A stretch of DNA of 60,435 nt, from the IMG/VR virus record IMGVR_UViG_3300030103_005599. One strand, given 5' to 3'. Shown here in pieces: positions 57,238 through 60,435 of this stretch. A model generated the notes under the pieces. It was not told the DNA's origin, searched no databases, and saw nothing but the letters and a program-made list of their open reading frames with translations. This DNA comes from an uncultured virus (IMG/VR IMGVR_UViG_3300030103_005599) (lineage: Duplodnaviria; Heunggongvirae; Uroviricota; Caudoviricetes). How positions within the stretch are numbered: the stretch's first letter is position 1; each line of letters opens with the position of its first letter. Made by a program: the position numbers and the translations under genes.

Positions 57238-57240
57238 AAT
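57212..57240 (+). promoter_or_regulatory. Sigma70-like promoter for primase/helicase
   Basis: TTGACA-17 nt-TAAAAT, 7 nt before ATG 57248. Confidence 0.7.
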
Positions 57241-57247
57241 ATAGGGT

Positions 57248-58261
57248 ATGAACCTGATCCAATCTACTATTCTGACGAGCCTGCCTGCGGGTAGGAAAAA
57301 AACTCCTTCTGGATGGATCTCATTCAATGCACCTTGTTGTGTACACAACGGTGAAACTGCAGACAAGAAAAAGCGTGGTGGAATAATGACAAGTGCAGAT
57401 GGTACTGTCAGTTATCACTGTTTCAACTGTGGGTACAAAGCAAGTTATGTGATAGGAAGAAAACTTACATACAAGATGAGACAGTTCATGGGATACATTG
57501 GCATACCCGATGACACAATACGTAAATTAGCAATAGAAGCCATGCGTGAAGAAGAAGGTGACGTCAAATACGAAAAGAAAAAATTTGTCACATTCAAGAA
57601 AAAAGACTTGCCAAAACAAACAAGATCACTTGGCGAATGGTTGGAAGAGTACACAGTAGGAACAATGACTAAAGAGCAACAAACCAAAATTGATAATTTA
57701 TTAAACTATCTAGCAGGAAGAGGCATAGGTGCTGATTGGTATGACTTCATGTATTCGTCTGACAGGCATTGGGACGTTGATCGAAGATTATTGATTCCAT
57801 TTTACTGGCGTGGTGATATCGTTGGCTTTACAGGAAGGATATTTGATCAATCTGACAAAGTAAAATATTACACGGACGTGCAACCAGGATATGTGTTTAA
57901 CATGGATGCACAGGACTGGACAAGAAAGTTTGTAATAGTTACTGAAGGTCCATTTGATGCAATAACCGTTTCTGGTGTAAGCATACTAGGATCGGAGATA
58001 AATGAAACACAAAGAGAGTTAATAGATGCATTAGGCAGACAAGTAATTGTGGTGCCAGACAGAGATGCTCCGGGAGAAAAACTGATTAACCAAGCAATAG
58101 AATTTGGATGGAGTGTTGCTTTTCCAGAATGGGACAAAACGGTTGGCGATGTGGCGGATGCTGTGTTAAAATATGGCAGGTTGTTTACTATACAATCAAT
58201 ATTGAAAACAACAGAACGAAGTAAACTGAAGATAGATTTAAAGAGAAAGATGTATGGCTGA
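57248..58261 (+). CDS. DNA primase (gp61-like)
   Basis: Zn-binding PCC...HCFNC; TOPRIM VTEGPFDA, VPDRD and DVADA motifs. Confidence 0.9.
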   Translation: MNLIQSTILTSLPAGRKKTPSGWISFNAPCCVHNGETADKKKRGGIMTSADGTVSYHCFNCGYKASYVIGRKLTYKMRQFMGYIGIPDDTIRKLAIEAMREEEGDVKYEKKKFVTFKKKDLPKQTRSLGEWLEEYTVGTMTKEQQTKIDNLLNYLAGRGIGADWYDFMYSSDRHWDVDRRLLIPFYWRGDIVGFTGRIFDQSDKVKYYTDVQPGYVFNMDAQDWTRKFVIVTEGPFDAITVSGVSILGSEINETQRELIDALGRQVIVVPDRDAPGEKLINQAIEFGWSVAFPEWDKTVGDVADAVLKYGRLFTIQSILKTTERSKLKIDLKRKMYG

Positions 58262-59693
58262 ATACACATTTGATGTACAAAAACTTTATATAGAAATGCT
58301 ATTGGCGGACGCCGAGTCGTTTGCAAGGGCACAGAACATATTCAAACCTGAATCGTTTGACCGTAAACTACAACCTATTGCAAAGTTTGTAAAAGACTAC
58401 ATGGACGAATACAAAGTAATGCCCGACGTAGAACAGGTAAATGCAAAACATGATATAAAATTAAAATCAGCAAAAGATTTAGACCCAAGCCATTTCAATT
58501 GGCTGTTAGATGAATTTGAAACATTTTCAAGACACAAGGCACTAGAACATGCAATACTACAATCGGCAGACTTGCTAGAGAAGGGTGACTATGCTCCTGT
58601 AGAGGACATGGTCAAGGAAGCAGTCAATGTAGGACTGACACGTGATCTTGGTACAGACTACTTTGAGGATCCGAAAGGAAGACTAGAGGCACTCAAGGCA
58701 AACAACGGACAGATCAGCACAGGCTGGGCGAACTTAGACAAGAAACTGTTTGGCGGTTTCAACCGTGGAGAACTAAACATCTTTGCAGGTGGATCAGGCG
58801 CAGGTAAGAGTTTGTTCTTGCAGAATCTTGCAGTGAACTGGGCACAGGCTGGTCTGAACGTTTGTTACATATCTTTTGAATTAAGTGAACAACTTACGGC
58901 AATGAGATTGGATGCAATGATGACAAACATTCCAACAAAGAAAGTGTTTCCGGAGATTGACAACGTGGAAATGAAAGTGAAGATGCTGGCCAAGAAGTCA
59001 GGAACTTTACAGATCAAATACTTGCCTAGTGGAAGCAATGTGCTAGATGTTAGAACTTATCTTAAAGAACTAGAACTTAAAAACAAGAAAAAAATAGACT
59101 GTATACTGATTGACTATTTGGATCTCATGATGCCAAAAAGCAAAAGAATATCGCCGGCAGACTTATTCATAAAAGACAAATACGTATCTGAAGAATTGAG
59201 AAACTTGGTTGTTGAGAAACAGTGTGTGTTGGCAACTGCATCACAGTTGAACAGAGCCAGTGTTGAAGAGATAGAGTTTGATCACTCTCACATATCGGGT
59301 GGACTATCCAAGATACAGACAGCAGACAACGTGATAGGTATATTCACAAGTAGAGCAATGAAAGAACGTGGCAGATATCAGATACAGTTCATGAAGACTA
59401 GATCAAGTTCTGGTGTAGGACAAAAAGTAGATTTAGAATTTGATGTGGATAGTTTGCGTATTAGAGACTTGGCAGACGATCCGGAATACAAACAGTTTGA
59501 CAAACAGAGAAGTACAATTTACGATAATCTTAAAAAGACATCAAAAGTTACGGGTAATGACACTCCAAAAGATGCAAGACCAGAGATACCGGATCCACGC
59601 AAGGGCGACACTATTGGTAAAGTAAAAGCCACCGTTGAGGGCGGCAAACTGAGACAACTTCTAAACGAACTGCACTCAGATGAAGAACAGTAA
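58254..59693 (+). CDS. Replicative DnaB-type helicase (gp41-like)
   Basis: GGSGAGKS, ISFELSE, IDYLDLM, TASQLNR and KTRSS motifs. Confidence 0.93.
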   Translation: MAEYTFDVQKLYIEMLLADAESFARAQNIFKPESFDRKLQPIAKFVKDYMDEYKVMPDVEQVNAKHDIKLKSAKDLDPSHFNWLLDEFETFSRHKALEHAILQSADLLEKGDYAPVEDMVKEAVNVGLTRDLGTDYFEDPKGRLEALKANNGQISTGWANLDKKLFGGFNRGELNIFAGGSGAGKSLFLQNLAVNWAQAGLNVCYISFELSEQLTAMRLDAMMTNIPTKKVFPEIDNVEMKVKMLAKKSGTLQIKYLPSGSNVLDVRTYLKELELKNKKKIDCILIDYLDLMMPKSKRISPADLFIKDKYVSEELRNLVVEKQCVLATASQLNRASVEEIEFDHSHISGGLSKIQTADNVIGIFTSRAMKERGRYQIQFMKTRSSSGVGQKVDLEFDVDSLRIRDLADDPEYKQFDKQRSTIYDNLKKTSKVTGNDTPKDARPEIPDPRKGDTIGKVKATVEGGKLRQLLNELHSDEEQ

Positions 59694-60360
59694 TGACATC
59701 GAATACATTTACGAGAAGTTAAGTTCTCTATATCCGCACTATTCAAATCGTAAACCTAAAGCAAAAATATATTCCAAGGCCTATACAAGTTTGATAGGTG
59801 TGATGTTGTCTGCACAAAGTCAAGACAAGAGAACAGCAATAGCATGTAATCAACTGTTTGCGTTAGCGGATACACCAGAAGAGATGATAAAATTATCACA
59901 AGAAGAAATTATTGAAGCAATCAAACCTGCAGGATTATTCAATGCTAAAAGCAAAAACATCCTTGCCACAAGTAAAATGTTATTAGAGAATTTTAACGGG
60001 CAAGTACCAAGGACACAAAAAGAATTAATGACACTGCCCGGAGTTGGAAGAAAAAGTTCAGACATCGTGATGAGATTTGTATTTGGTGAACCGCACATAG
60101 CAGTAGACACCCACGTCTTTAGAATGCTATGGCGTTTGGGTTGGGTAGATAATTTGGACGAAGGTAAGGCATCAATTACAGTGAACAATACAACACCAAG
60201 CAAGTACAAATACGGTGCTCACATGTGGTTGATCACACATGCCAAGAAAGTTTGCAAGTCAAGATCTCCGGTCTGTGATCCTTGTGTGTTGAGTGCCGCA
60301 TGTGACAAGAGAGATATCAATATTCCTAAAAGTAAACTTCGCCAAAATTTACAGTCATAA
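59680..60360 (+). CDS. nth: Endonuclease III (HhH-GPD glycosylase with 4Fe-4S loop)
   Basis: LSAQSQD, LPGVGRK, AVDTHV.R and C..R.P.C..C.....C motifs. Confidence 0.9.
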   Translation: MKNSNDIEYIYEKLSSLYPHYSNRKPKAKIYSKAYTSLIGVMLSAQSQDKRTAIACNQLFALADTPEEMIKLSQEEIIEAIKPAGLFNAKSKNILATSKMLLENFNGQVPRTQKELMTLPGVGRKSSDIVMRFVFGEPHIAVDTHVFRMLWRLGWVDNLDEGKASITVNNTTPSKYKYGAHMWLITHAKKVCKSRSPVCDPCVLSAACDKRDINIPKSKLRQNLQS

Positions 60361-60423
60361 TAATATACGTAGATAAATATATTTGCTCAAGGCAATAACA
60401 GGCAAACATAAAAGCATAGGCAA

Positions 60424-60435
60424 ATGAAAGACAAA
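60424..60435 (+). CDS. Start of a probable CDS cut by the window edge
   Basis: ATG AAA GAC AAA after TAAATA (60374-60379) and an AGGCA-repeat leader. Confidence 0.35.

Overview
About 60 kb of a low-GC, T4-like (myovirus) bacteriophage genome. The style resembles marine environmental T4-like phages, but the host cannot be determined from the sequence. Left to right: (1) head genes (prohead protease, scaffold, major capsid; 1-2.7 kb); (2) a block of Ser/Thr/Gly-rich modular fibre genes (3.4-11.5 kb); (3) neck/tail genes, dNMP kinase, a very long tail sheath, tube, head-completion nuclease, terminase subunits and putative head-internal proteins (11.5-28.7 kb); (4) gp32/UvsX/UvsY recombination genes (28.8-31.7 kb); (5) a ~17.6 kb island of about 19 genes dominated by sugar-nucleotide synthesis, glycosyltransferase and sugar-tailoring enzymes (32.3-49.9 kb); (6) replication genes (UvsW, clamp-loader-like, primase, helicase, endonuclease III), including a 196-aa miniature DnaE-like protein that keeps all three catalytic aspartates. 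Highlights: the mini family-C polymerase; the glycosylation island under late-type promoters; pervasive apparently leaderless promoters (TAAATA or sigma70 -10 boxes 5-8 nt before ATG); a four-way-junction RNA leader at 3287-3376; an AGGCA-repeat leader shared by gene 32 and the last gene; and a scaffold-like 'RxxKLAG' motif in several putative head proteins. All calls come from motif recognition by eye; no database searches were run. No tRNA, rRNA or CRISPR array was recognised.
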